A stretch of DNA of 64,000 nucleotides from Octopus vulgaris (GCA_951406725.2 OX597816.1:175708001-175772000); one strand, 5' to 3'. Shown: positions 13,643-27,663, numbered from the stretch's first letter. Made by a program: numbers and translations. Notes: a model not told the origin generated them from the sequence alone.

Positions 13643-14022
13643 TCTTTATATATAAAAGTGAGGTTGTGTGTCTGTCTCCTACGATTTAGATTCCTAACTA
13701 CTCCCACATTTTGCAGTGCAGTGTAACCAAAAGCGGGTATCTTATAGTCGTGATTCATATTGAGCCCTTCTACGATGAGTCTACGATTTAAAAAAAAATT
13801 TACCATCATTTTTTCCCATTTTTAATGCATTGTTTTGCTATTATATAAGGGAAGTAACTCTCTAAAAATGTATTATTAAATCTCAGAACGTAAAAAACAA
13901 CAGTAACATCACCCCCCTTTGTGGTTAGCCATATTGAGATGGCTATTATATTTTACATCTCTAAAAATGCTTATATAGTTATTTCCCTTACAAACCCGAG
14001 CAACGCCGGGCGATACTGCTAG
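13643..14022 (+). mobile_element. Non-autonomous Helitron
   Basis: A|TC start, subterminal hairpin cccgagcaacgccggg (13995-14010) and CTAG|T end. A second copy lies at 62534-62922. Confidence 0.85.
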
Positions 14023-14292
14023 TTCTAAATAAAACTATCTGACAGGTTAAGAATCACTCAACACACAAGCTTTGATTCATAAGCATACTTTCTCCTCGCT
14101 ATCTGATCTACCTAAAATAACTGCTACTTCTTAACCTAGCTAGACGCATACCATCTCTACTCAAACCCACCCGTAACTCTAACAATATCTTACCACCCAG
14201 GCTTCACACTACCCATTTTCCCAAATACTTTACAACAGAACATCAAGCCTGTAGGTTACCTCCCAACAATGTACTGGAAATTGCAGATGTGT

Positions 14293-14679
14293 TACCAGTG
14301 CCGGTGGCATGTAAGAGAACCTTCCGTTTCGTGACCGTTGCCAGCACCGCCCCGACTGGCCTCGTGCCGGTGGCACGTAAAAAGCACCATCCGTTCGTGT
14401 CCGCTGCCAGCCTCGCCTGGCCCTCGTGCCGGTGGCACATAAAAAGCACCATCCATTCGTGGCCGTTTGCCAGCTCTGTCTGGCACCTGTGCAGGTGGCA
14501 CGTAAAAAGCACCCACTACACTCACGGAGTGGTTGGCGTTAGGAAGGGCATCCAGCCGTAGAAACACTGCCAGATTTGACTGGGCCTGATGAAGCCTTCT
14601 GGCTTCACAGACCCCAGTAAAACCGTCCAACCCATGCTAGCATGGAAAATGGACGCTAAACGATGATGATGATGATGAT
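14293..14679 (+). mobile_element. RTE-type 3' end or tail element with internal tandem units and (GAT)n tail
   Basis: Repeated ggtggcacgtaaaaagcacc units, then ggagtggttggcgttaggaagggcatccagc...catgctagcatgg...gatgatgat. Confidence 0.8.
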
Positions 14680-15211
14680 TGAGCAAGGATTATATAAAAA
14701 GAACACCAATTTTACTAGTTTTGATGGGGCTATGAAGGTCCTGGGCATACACTACCAACTTCTGCATAAAAATAAGGAAAGGGAGAGCTGAAATTATAAT
14801 CCAGCTGCTGAATATATTCTCTCAAGTGTGGACACTAACAGAAAATCTCACACAACAAATACACGAAAAATATATATTTTTCAATATATATTTTTAACAA
14901 ACAGTAGGGATGAAAATGAATATATTATACTTACATACCTACATCAATGCATATTATATATATAAGTACATACATACATGCACACACATATATTCCCTCT
15001 CTCTGTCTCTCTCAATATATATACATACACACACACACACACACACATATACAAATACATGCACATAAAAGTATACACACAAATGTATGCACATGTGCAT
15101 ATATACTAATGTATAAACATGCATATATATATATGTAGGTAGGTATATACATATGTACATAGACATACATTTATATGTATATGCAAACGCATGTATATAT
15201 CAATATATATA

Positions 15212-15242
<31 letters not shown>

Positions 15243-15633
15243 GCATATATATACATACATAAAATATATTTGCCAGCTAAATGTGGTGGCCCCATAAAGG
15301 ACAATGTTACTGTTGTTTTTAGCCCTAGGAAGACATCTCCTCCAGCTGGCTAATGACATGCTGTCTGTGTCCAATTAATATTTGCGAGGGGAAGTCATCA
15401 CTCCCATCTGTAGGCTTAGTTCTTATTCTATCGGTCACTTCTGCCGAACCTCTAAGTTACGACGATGTAAATGCATCAACAGGAGTTGTCAAGCAATGCT
15501 GGGGTGGGTGGGGTGGACAAACGCAGACAGCTGAGGATGGCCATATGTTGGATTGTTGGCAAGGCTGTTTTTGTATATGTGAAATGGTGTTATAATACGT
15601 CCTTTTGATATATAAATGGATATATATATATAT

Positions 15634-15866
15634 ACTCACGGAGTGGTTGGCGTTAGGAAGGGCATCCAGCCGTAGAAACACTGCGAGATCTGACTGGGCC
15701 TGACGAAGCCTTCCAGCTTCACAGACCCCAGTTGAACTGTCCAACCCATGCTAGCATGGAAAGCGGACGCTAAATGATGATGATGATGATGATACCTATA
15801 TATAAATATATATGGATATATACACATCATCATCATCATCATCATCGTTTAACGTCCGTTTTCCAT
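15634..15866 (+). mobile_element. Short RTE-type tail (15634-15793) plus an inverted tail fragment (~15826-15866) in TA repeats
   Basis: Same terminal ~160 bp as 14520-14679, followed by catcatcat...cgtttaacgtccgttttccat in the opposite orientation. Confidence 0.8.
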
Positions 15867-15956
15867 TAAATATGTGTATATATGTATGCGTATGTATGTA
15901 TGTGTATATATATACGTGTGTGAATGTATGTATATGTATATGTGTATGTATATATA

Positions 15957-15993
<37 letters not shown>

Positions 15994-16689
15994 TGGAAGG
16001 TTTGGAGATGATGTACAGGTATTTTATATTAGAAGAAATGAGGTACTCAGAAAATCGGACGGTTTTATATTTACAGATATTTATTTGTATATTACAATTT
16101 TTATACATCATATAACTTAGATCATGTATTAGCGCTTTCTCCCATTCTAGTGGGGTTTTCAAATCAAACTAAGTTCCTGGCTGAAGAGTTTTGACCATTT
16201 TATAGTGGTATTGAGTTTGTAGTGGTGGGGAGGAATATAAGACAGTACAAGAGGGAGATGGATGAGGAGAAAGTGAGAGAGAGAGCATGTGTGTATGTGT
16301 GTGGTGTGTGTGCATGTGTGTGTGGGGGTTTTTGTATTTGGAATGAGTGCTAAAGAAACAGGGGAAGGGAGGGGGAAGAAGAAAAGAATTTTTTTGCTCT
16401 GCTGGACATGATGTTTACTCCAAGGGGGGGGGGGTCTAAGATCATGTGGAAAAAGAATTTCAGTTTTGACCATTTCATAGTGTTGTTGAGTGTGTGGTGG
16501 CGGGGAGGTAGACCATAAATTATATTTATTTTTATCATTGTGAGAGAGAGAGTGTGTTTTTGGGTTTAGAGAAGAGGAATTCTTTTTATGATTGTTTTGT
16601 GGAGGTGTGTGTGTGTCTGTGAGTTTGGAGAAGGGAAGAGAGGAGGAAAAAAAAAGAGGAAGGAGAAATATTTGAGTTGATATTTATAC

Positions 16690-16732
<43 letters not shown>

Positions 16733-17003
16733 CATACATATACATAAAATATTAGAAAGAAAACACCTTTTATCAATTCAAAATGAACAATCAAATTACA
16801 CCATCTAGAAAATTCTATATAATAGAAAAGTTAAAATTCAAATGACAATTAAAAAGTAAAGATTAAGTGAATTACAAAAATAATATAATGTATATAATAG
16901 GTAATATATATATATATACACATATACTAAATGTTCCACTATATTAAATTGTAAACTGAAAGATTTGTCCTTCAATGTAAGATGAGTAAAATTTCATAAA
17001 GTT

Positions 17004-17557
17004 CATACTTGAAAAAGAGAGACTCTCCTGTGTTGAAGTTACAAATGACAGAATACAAACTGACAACTACTGAGTCTGTTGTCTGATCTTCAACTGATTT
17101 AGTCTAATATCTCACTGATTAAATAGATATTAAGTTTTATCATACAGGAGCAACTGGTTCCACAAATCAAAGTGAAATGGTTTCATTCAAATATTAGAAT
17201 ATCCTTTGTTCAATGTTGTATTTTCAAAAAATCAAAACATATGTGTAGAACTGTGTGTGTGTGTTTAATACCGTCCATACTTGAAAAAGAGACTTTCTTG
17301 TGTTGAATTTATAAATGATAGAATACAAATTGACAACTACTGAGTCTGTTGTCTGATCTTCAATTGATTTAGTCTAATATCTCACTGATTGACAGCTCCT
17401 TAAATATTAAGTTTTATCATTCAGAAGCAACTGGTTCCACAAATTAAAGTAAAATGGTTTCATTCAAATATTAGAATATCATTTGTTCATTGTTGTAGTT
17501 TCAAAAACCAAAACATATGTGTAGAACTCTGTGTGTGTGTGTGTGTGTGTTTAATAC
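17004..17557. repeat. Tandem duplication of a ~270-bp unit
   Basis: 17004-17271 and 17276-17557 both run catacttgaaaaagagac...gtagaact(gt)nttaatac. Confidence 0.9.
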
Positions 17558-17612
17558 AGTTTACTTAGCAAATTTGGTCCTTCATCTGGTACAGCTTATT
17601 ATAGAGATATTT

Positions 17613-17925
17613 TCAGCCATTTAATTTTGGGGAGAACTTAGCTATGAAATATTTTTCCATATTCCTCCTGAAAGAGGTGTCGTTCTTCGGATATTTGTAG
17701 AAGGGAAAAATCTTAAATTTTCCTTCTCCACATGTAGCTAGGTGTGTACTTAGTGGTATCTTGCGTAGTTCTTCCTGCCGAACATGTTGTCGGTGAATCC
17801 TGGCTCGCTGGCACAAAGAATTACCAGTTTCACCTATGTAATCCTCTTTGCACGTGGGGCAGGTTATGCAGTATATAACGTTCTGCGTCCTGCAGTTCAT
17901 ATCTGCATTTACTTTAAATATGTAA
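17613..17925 (-). pseudogene. Uninterrupted Penelope GIY-YIG endonuclease domain (5'-truncated ORF)
   Basis: NCRTQNVIYCITCPTCKEDYIGETGNSLCQRARIHRQH...HLATC...RRNMEKYFIAKFSPKLNG*: VIY...YIG, R, H, E and terminal N motifs. Confidence 0.9.
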
Positions 17926-19034
17926 CCCCCCTTGGAGTAAACATCATGTCCAGCAGAGCAAAAAAATTCTTTTCTTCTTCCCCCTCCCTTCCCCTGTTTC
18001 TTTAGCACTCATTCCAAATACAAAAACCCACACACACACGCACACACACACACACACATGCTCTCTCTCTCACTTTCTCCTCATCCATCTCCCTCTTGTA
18101 CTGTCTTATATTCCTCCCCACCACTACAAACTCAATACCACTATAAAATGGTCAAAACTCCTCACACAGGAACTTAGTTTGATTTGAAAACCCCACTAGA
18201 ATGGGAGAAAGCGCTAATACATGATCTAAGTTATATGATGTATAAAAATTGTAATATACAAATAAATATCTGTAAATATAAGCCATCCGATTTTCTGAGT
18301 ACCTCATTTCTTCTAATATAAAATACCTGTACATTATCTCCAAACCTTCCAATATATATATAAATATATATGATTTATGTGAATACGTAGTTGTTATTTA
18401 TATGTTTGTATCTTGAGTGCATGTATCATATACATGTACTCATGTATATGTATGTATGAAAGTGTGTGTGTGTGTGTGTGTTCATATGTGTGTATGTGTG
18501 TATATTCTTATGTGTTAGGTCTATAAGTATTTATTTCTTGTGAATTTATAATAATTTTTTCCTTCATATAATTTGCTTCTTATTCATTTTTTAATGTGTT
18601 CCCTGAGCTGGTCAATTTTTGAGTGGGAGATTTTTTTGGAATAAATCATACATGTTCATTCACTGAATCAATTTAAATATAGTTTTGTTATTTAGCTAAA
18701 AGCTTCTAATAATATATATATATATATATATTTTTGGTTTCAATATAAATATGTATACGTCTGACTCTCTATGGCTTTTTTCTGTTAGTGAACATGTTTT
18801 TGTTTACATTGTTTTGTCTCGATCTTTTACTATTTTTTAAATATATCCGTTTAAGTAATAGTTTTTTGCACAAATAGACTTGTATACACATTGATATGTC
18901 TTTCTTTTTCATCTCGTATAATTATTTTTCCTTTTTACAACTTGCTTGTAGATATCCGGTTTAATTTTTCCCCATTACCCCATGTTTTTTTCTTATTGAA
19001 TTTTATTAATAACTTTTTTGATATTCTTCCTAAA

Positions 19035-19135
19035 AATTCTTCACACTGATGAGAATGACAATGTATAACTCTATAATTATTATTTTTTCTTAAATATTTG
19101 TACTGTCTTTTGAAATGTGCATACGTATTGAATTC
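19035..19135 (+). ncRNA. Hammerhead-like motif with long helix II (degenerate pLTR)
   Basis: CTGATGA at 19046, GACA/TGTC in helix II, GAAA at 19112, near-palindromic TGTGCATAC then GTA; imperfect helix I. Confidence 0.45.
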
Positions 19136-19188
19136 GATTTTGATTTTACGTATTTTCTCCATTTTTATACTTGTCTTTATACCTTATT

Positions 19189-19670
19189 TACATTATTTAC
19201 ATTCGACGGATATTTGTCCTCATCTTGTTAACACAATGTTTCGGCTGATATACCCTCCAGCCTTCTTCAGATGTCTTGGGGAAATTTCGAACCTGGGTTC
19301 TCATTCCTAAAGTATTTTTCGATGTTATTACTATTACTATTATTTTTATTATTATTATTCAAGTAAATGCTTGGAATCGATCTTGGAATCTTGGGGTTAG
19401 TAGCCCGCGCTCTTAACCACTATGCCATATGCCCGTGGGCGTAGTAGTTAAGAACACAGGCTACTAACCCCAAGATTCCAAGTTCAATTCCAAGCAGTGA
19501 CCTGAACAATAGCAACAATTATAATAATAATAATAATAATAATATCGAAAAATGCCTTAGGAATGAGAGCCCAGGTTCGAAATTTCCCCAAGACACCTGA
19601 AGAAAATGTAAATATCTGTCGAATGTAAATAATGTACATAATTCCTCATCTCTTAAATATAGAACTGTAT
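19189..19670. mobile_element. Head-to-head pair of a tRNA-headed short element carrying a hammerhead motif
   Basis: Arms 19189-19426 and 19438-19636 are reverse complements. Each has an A-box (TGGCATAGTGG-like), a B-box (GTTCRATTCC-like), (AAT)n and CTGAAGAA. Confidence 0.8.
19230..19275 (-). ncRNA. Minimal hammerhead-ribozyme motif
   Basis: GACAT-CTGAAGA-A-GGCTG(GAGGGTATAT)CAGCC-GAAAC-ATT-GTGTT. Confidence 0.65.
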
Positions 19671-19860
19671 CTTTATACCTATAATGAATTGTTTCAATTA
19701 TTTTCATATTCTTAATAATTGCTCTGCCTGATTTTTATGAATATAAATTTTTTATTGGAAATTACTTTTTCTCTCTTTTTGGATCCTTCAAAAAGTTTGA
19801 ATTGTTCTTTTTGAACTTATTTTTACTCACATACACACACATGCATACACACACACACAT

Positions 19861-19892
<32 letters not shown>

Positions 19893-19957
19893 ATATATTA
19901 TTAGTGAATTGAAGAAATGGAGTTGATTGCAACAAGATTATTCATCTTTCTATTTCA

Positions 19958-20016
<59 letters not shown>

Positions 20017-20430
20017 CATACAGATATATAATTATACATATATACACACACACATATATGTCTACCCTGAACTGCAAAAGAAATGTGAGATGTGTGTGAT
20101 ATTGAAATATGTTTTGATAAATCTGATGAAGTCAACTTCTTGGATGCACTTTGACCATAGTCTATGGGTTGTTGTTATGTGTTCTGGTAGTGAGTGGATC
20201 TAGCACTGTAGCACATGATATGTTCAATACTATGTATGCCCTCCCTGCAAGTTCAAAACAGCCATACACTGGCAGTACATGTAATGTATGAGGTGGTTCA
20301 CAAAAGCCATTGGTTTTCATGGCAATTGTTTGCAACTGTCACCCACAGTATTCAACACAGATGCATTTTGGTGTCTTGTTCCAGGGAAGTTGTAAGGTTA
20401 CCTGCAATTTAGGTCTCAACCATAAACCAG

Positions 20431-20812
20431 CATCATCATCATCATCATCATTTAACGTCCGCTTTCCATGCTAGCATGGGTTGGACGGTTCAACTGGGGT
20501 CTGGGGAGCCCGAAGGCTGCACCAGTCCAGTCAGATCTGGCAGTGTTTCTACAGCTGGATGCCCTTCCTAACGCCAACCACTCCGAGAGTGTAGTGGGTG
20601 ATTTTATGTGCCACCGACACAGGTGCCAGACGAGGCTGGCAAACGGCCACACTCAGATGGTGTTTTTTATGTGCCACCGACACAGGTGCCAGACGAGGCT
20701 GGCAGACGGCCACGATCAGATGGTGTTTGTTACGTGCCCACGGCACGGAGGCCAGTCGATGCGGTACTGGCTACGGCCACGTTCGGATGGTTTTCTTGTA
20801 TGCCACGTGCCA
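20431..20812 (-). mobile_element. RTE-type tail element with tandem units
   Basis: Reverse complement of the 14293-14679 family; (CAT)n at 20431. Confidence 0.8.
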
Positions 20813-20913
20813 GGAATATTTACACTTACATCCCCGAAATGAATTTTCAGAATTTACCATATAAAAATGACATTTGAATATATATATATATACGATGATG
20901 ATGATGGTGATGA

Positions 20914-20956
<43 letters not shown>

Positions 20957-20958
<2 letters not shown>

Positions 20959-21003
20959 GAGGTGCAATGGCCCAGTGGTTAGGGCAGTGGACTCGCGGTC
21001 GTA
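20957..21003 (+). mobile_element. Isolated head of the OK-like SINE
   Basis: ggaggtgcaatggcccagtggttagggcagtggactcgcggtcgtag matches the head of 8327-8713. Confidence 0.75.
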
Positions 21004-21480
21004 GAGAAGATGCCTGGTAGTAACTAATGCTAATGGTGGTCACATGAGATATTGAACTCATCTCTTTAGATCCAGAACACTTTGTCATCACGTGATATCA
21101 AGCATGTTTCAGGAAATGACATTTCGTCATTACAAAAGAACAGTTTCTTAATTAGCACTCTTCAATCAATGCAATGGCAATCTGTTAATTAACCAGCTTC
21201 TATTTAGTATAAGTGCAATATTTTTTGTGGTTTGCACAATATACATTCTTTTTCCACTCCTTTATTATTGTTCTTATTCCAACTCATGTCCATTGTCCAG
21301 AATCCCTCTGTGACCTCTTCAGTGACACTCTCCATCCTCGTATGTGCTCCTGCTTTGCTTAATCCATAAACATATATATATATATATATAAACACACTCA
21401 CACACATATATATATATATATAAACATGTATACATATATATACACATATACATATATGTACATATATATATATATATATA

Positions 21481-21535
<55 letters not shown>

Positions 21536-21624
21536 TTTATATAGGTATACACACAGATATAAATACATACATGTGTGTGTATATATACTGGGGATTTTTT
21601 TTCCTCTGTCTTCCCTTCTCCTAT

Positions 21625-21659
21625 GTTTCCGACGAAGAGCTCCGCTCGAAACATTAAAC
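21625..21659 (+). ncRNA. Minimal hammerhead-like motif in a ~165-bp pLTR-like island (21590-21755) within TA repeats
   Basis: GTTT-CCGACGA-A-GAGC(TCC)GCTC-GAAAC-ATT-AAAC; the core has a U-to-C variant. Confidence 0.55.
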
Positions 21660-21754
21660 CCTCCTTCTTCCCTTCTTTCCTGAGCGTCCAATAATACTTT
21701 ATTTGTTTCACGTCCTTGCGTTGTTGTGTTTTTTGTTTTCTTGTTTGGATTAAC

Positions 21755-21794
<40 letters not shown>

Positions 21795-22803
21795 TTATAA
21801 ATACACATAGGCGCACACACACACACAAGAGAAAGGGAGAGAAAATATAACTGCCCACCCACAGAAAAACAGGATTTTACAAACATTTGTATATACATAC
21901 ATAGACTTCCCATAATAATAATAAAACAATATATGCATATGTTGTCTGTATTTTATTTAAAAATGTTATTTGTATGTAACAATTGTCAGAAAACAACTTA
22001 AATCTGTCTTATAAACAGTATCCAGCAATTCCGGCAGAGTTGTTTTTCTTTTTCTTTACAATATGGCTTTCAGTCACTCATTCACAGAATTGTTTGTTCT
22101 GCATTTATTATTCAATATTTTTACAGTTGATTTTCTTTATATTTTAAAAAAATTTTTAATCACTTTTTTATTTACAAAAAGAAAAGAAAAGAAAAAACCC
22201 CTGTAAAAAACTGTCAGCAAGTATATAATTGCTACATATATGTCCACTTTCTATTCTCTTAGTTTAAAAAAAAAAAACAAAAAAAACTCTTAATTAGTTA
22301 TGGAGATACTCTATGTTGGGGCAGAAAAAAATCAATGGAACTGATCCTATAGCATTACTGATAGTTATTTTATTGGCCATATAAGAATGAAGAGCAAAAT
22401 CAACAATGCAGACAGAATTTAAACTGGGAAGCAAGAAGAGGAAATATTAATTAATGACAACCATTTAGTTTGGTTTTCAATTTTTTATACTAACACACCA
22501 CCTTAATGATAATGAAAACAATAAGTTTAAAACTTACATTTTTGAGATAAAGATAAATAAGAACTTTTATGGTCACACGTCTCAATGACATTAAAAATAT
22601 ATAAAGTGAAATAGTTAACACCAGAAATCAAAACCAAGGTCTGTAGCTTACAAAAAGGTTATGATGCTTGCTAAATAAGGATTTCTAACATTAGAATATG
22701 AGTGAATTAATTTAAATCATTTGTTTGGTATTATATTATTGACTCCGGAAGGATGAAATGAGGTGGGTAAAAAAACAACTTTGACAGGAGTTGCACCTAA
22801 TTA

Positions 22804-22861
22804 TAGGCCTGTTGTATTTAGTTATTCCTTTAAATGGATGTAACTAAATACAACAGGCCTA
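22804..22861. other. Perfect 21-bp inverted repeat with 16-nt spacer
   Basis: taggcctgttgtatttagtta / taactaaatacaacaggccta. Confidence 0.95.
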
Positions 22862-23023
22862 CTGAATTCAGTACTTTACCAATTCTACTATCTACTGCCT
22901 TAAGATAACAACAATAGTTTCAAATTTTGGCACAAGGCCAGCAAATTTTGGGAGAGGGTATTTATTTTATTGACCCCAAAAGGATGAAAGGCAAAGTTGA
23001 CCTTTGCCAGCTCATTGCCTTCA

Positions 23024-23066
<43 letters not shown>

Positions 23067-23067
23067 G

Positions 23068-23730
23068 GTTAAAGAGAACTAAAAAGGGTAACAGGAAATC
23101 TTATTGCAGTTCAAGATCAGGTCCTTGCGACCAACTCCATAATGAAGTCTATCTATGAGGTAGTGACACACATTATCAGTGCCTGTGTGATGCTTGCACA
23201 ACATGAGTACAAGGCCCACCATGAGTCAGTCCATTCAATGGAAACTCTGTTAACTCGGTGGATTAGATGTAGATGAGAAATGATATGAACACAGAAGTCC
23301 TGCAGAACAACAGCACTAAGATTCTGTAGGGTTTTAATGTAGAAATGGAGAGTGTGACTGAGCTCAGACAACTGAACATCAAATTGGTGGCTAAATAGTT
23401 CCAGCAAAATCTTTATTATTGACGTAGCTGTCTTAAGTGACCATAATGAAGCAGTTAGAGAAGTCAAAAAATTACAAAAACTATGCAAAGTTGAAGGTGG
23501 AACTAGAAAGAATGTGGGACACCATCATTAAAGTTATTCCTGTAGTGGTAGGAGCAGTGGGGTCCATCCAAAAGAATCTGCCACAATTCCTTGATCAACT
23601 TAAAATCAAATATGATATTGACACCATAAAAAAAAAAAAAAAAACACTGCCTTATTAAGCACTGCTTATATCCTCCAAAAAGTTCTTTGTCTCAAGTCTC
23701 AGATCTAATCAAGCCACCTATTAGAAACTG
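23068..23730 (+). mobile_element. Decayed R4/Dong-type LINE 3' part adjoining (AAT)n at ~23024-23067
   Basis: LIAVQDQVLATN near the start; ORF 23437-23658 reads YAKLKVELERMW...VIPVVVGAVGSI. Confidence 0.75.
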
Positions 23731-24126
23731 AGAGAAACAAAAGAAAAACAAAAAAAAAAAAAAACATGATGATGATGATGATTATGATGTGTGGTAGTAA
23801 ATCTTAGGATACTAAATGATAAGAGAAAAGCAAATCTGTTAAACCCATAATCTCTAATATTAATACAAAGAGGAAAACAGCAAAATTAAATGAACCTTTT
23901 TTTTAAAAATGTTTGAGAGATTTCAACTGAAATAACAAAATGAACTTAAAATAAAACACACACACACACACACACACAGAGTAAAATAACGGGAAAAACA
24001 ATTAACCAGTTTAAAAGCAAAGGTAAAGATGTCAAAACTGAGTAAAGATTCAACAGCCAACTTTTTCTATTGAAGAGAACTCTAACTGTAAACCAAATTC
24101 TATCAAGAAATGCCACCCCTCTCCTC

Positions 24127-24164
<38 letters not shown>

Positions 24165-24787
24165 GTGTGTATATACATATACACACATACATATGTGTGT
24201 ACATGTAGATACATAGGAGAGTAAGAGATATGATCCTAGTGATCCTAGTGATATGTTATCAGTTTTAGTTATTTTGAATGAAGTTACACTGCAGATAATT
24301 TTGGATGACAGTATAGGCATCATCAAATTTCAATTCTTAATTTTTGAAGCGAAAATATTCATGAGTTAGACATCTCTGATGGTACTGGGTCAAACAACAG
24401 ACTATATATCACAATGATGCGTTACAAAAATTAGACTTTCAATATATGTGTAGTTGTATGGCTGACTGTTTAAGAAGATCACTTTACAATCATGAACTAC
24501 AGGGTTTGATCCTACTGCAGTGTGTGTGCATGTAATTCAAAGAGGCAACTTTGTCACAAAGTTTCATGTTGAGACTACCTGAAGATTGTATAATGGAATA
24601 ACTATATAGTATCATTGATCAAGTAATTAAAAACTCATTGATACTGCCATGGCATCTATCAGTGTATATGTGAACACCATGGTGGAAATTTTAATGTATA
24701 CTGGGTTCAGTTGGGGTGATAGAAAACATCTGAATAGTAAAAAAAAAATGAGCCGAATCAATGTATTTACATGCTGACTGAATAGTT

Positions 24788-26163
<1,376 letters not shown>

Positions 26164-26331
26164 CACTACACTCACGGAGTGGTTGGCGTTAGGAAGGGCA
26201 TCCAGCTGTAGAAACATTGCCAGATTAGACTGGAGCCTGGTGCAGCCTTCTGGCTTCCCAGAACCCCGGTCGAACCGTCCAACCCATGCTAGCATGGAGA
26301 ACGGACGTTAAACGACGATGATGATGATGAT
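26164..26331 (+). mobile_element. RTE-type tail fragment embedded between two giant microsatellites
   Basis: cactacactcacggagtggttggcgttagg...gttaaacgacgatgatgat. Confidence 0.85.
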
Positions 26332-26835
26332 ACATATATACACACATATATACACATATACATATATATACACATATACATATATATATACACATATACA
26401 TATATATACACATATACATATATATATACACATATACATATATATACACATATATACATATATACACACATATATACATATATACACACATATATACATA
26501 TATACACACATATATACACATATATACACATATATACATATATATACACACATATATACATATATATACACATATATACATATATATACATATATATACA
26601 TATACATACATACATATATATACATATACATATATATACACATATATACATACATACATATATATACATATACATATATATACACATATATACATATATA
26701 CACATATATACATATATATACATATACATACATACATATATATACATATACATATATATACATATACATACATATACATATATATATACATACACATACA
26801 TATATATATATATATATATACATATATATATACAT

Positions 26836-26867
<32 letters not shown>

Positions 26868-26891
26868 ATATATATATACATACACATACAT

Positions 26892-26925
<34 letters not shown>

Positions 26926-26973
26926 ATATATACATATACATATATATATATACATATACATATATATATATAC

Positions 26974-27063
<90 letters not shown>

Positions 27064-27616
27064 CATATATATACATATACATATATATACATATACATAT
27101 ATATATATACATATATATATATATACATATATATACATATACATATATATACATATATATATATACATATATATATACACATATATATATACACACACAT
27201 ATATATATACACATATATATACATATACATATATATATATATACATATATATACATATACATATATATACATATACATATATATACATATACATATATAT
27301 ACATATACATACATATACATATATATACATATACATACATATACATATATATACATATACATATATATACATATACATATATATACATATATATACATAT
27401 ACATATATATACATATACATATATATACATATACATATATATACATATACATATATATACATATACATATATATACATATATATATATATACATATATAT
27501 ATATACATATATATACATATACATATATATACATATATATATATACATATATATACATATATATACATATACATATATATACATATATATATATACATAT
27601 ATATACATATATATAC

Positions 27617-27663
<47 letters not shown>

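Larger units (their letters stand above)
15993..18352 (-). mobile_element. Penelope-like insertion bounded by ~430-bp inverted repeats
   Basis: 15993-16429 is the reverse complement of 17926-18352. A GIY-YIG coding segment lies between them, and both outer ends abut (TA)n. Confidence 0.85.

Noticed and set aside
14293-14520. Repeat-spacer-like pattern resembling a CRISPR array
   Set aside because: Eukaryotic context, no cas genes, and the spacers resemble each other; it is the tandem part of a retroelement tail.
19350-19500. Possible true tRNA genes (also SINE heads at 8640-8713 and 29602-29670)
   Set aside because: A and B boxes are present but there is no complete cloverleaf or acceptor stem; they continue into repeat bodies.
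20124-20170. CTGATGA-A-GTCAA...TTGAC hammerhead-like start
   Set aside because: Followed by CATA instead of GAAA, and no helix I.
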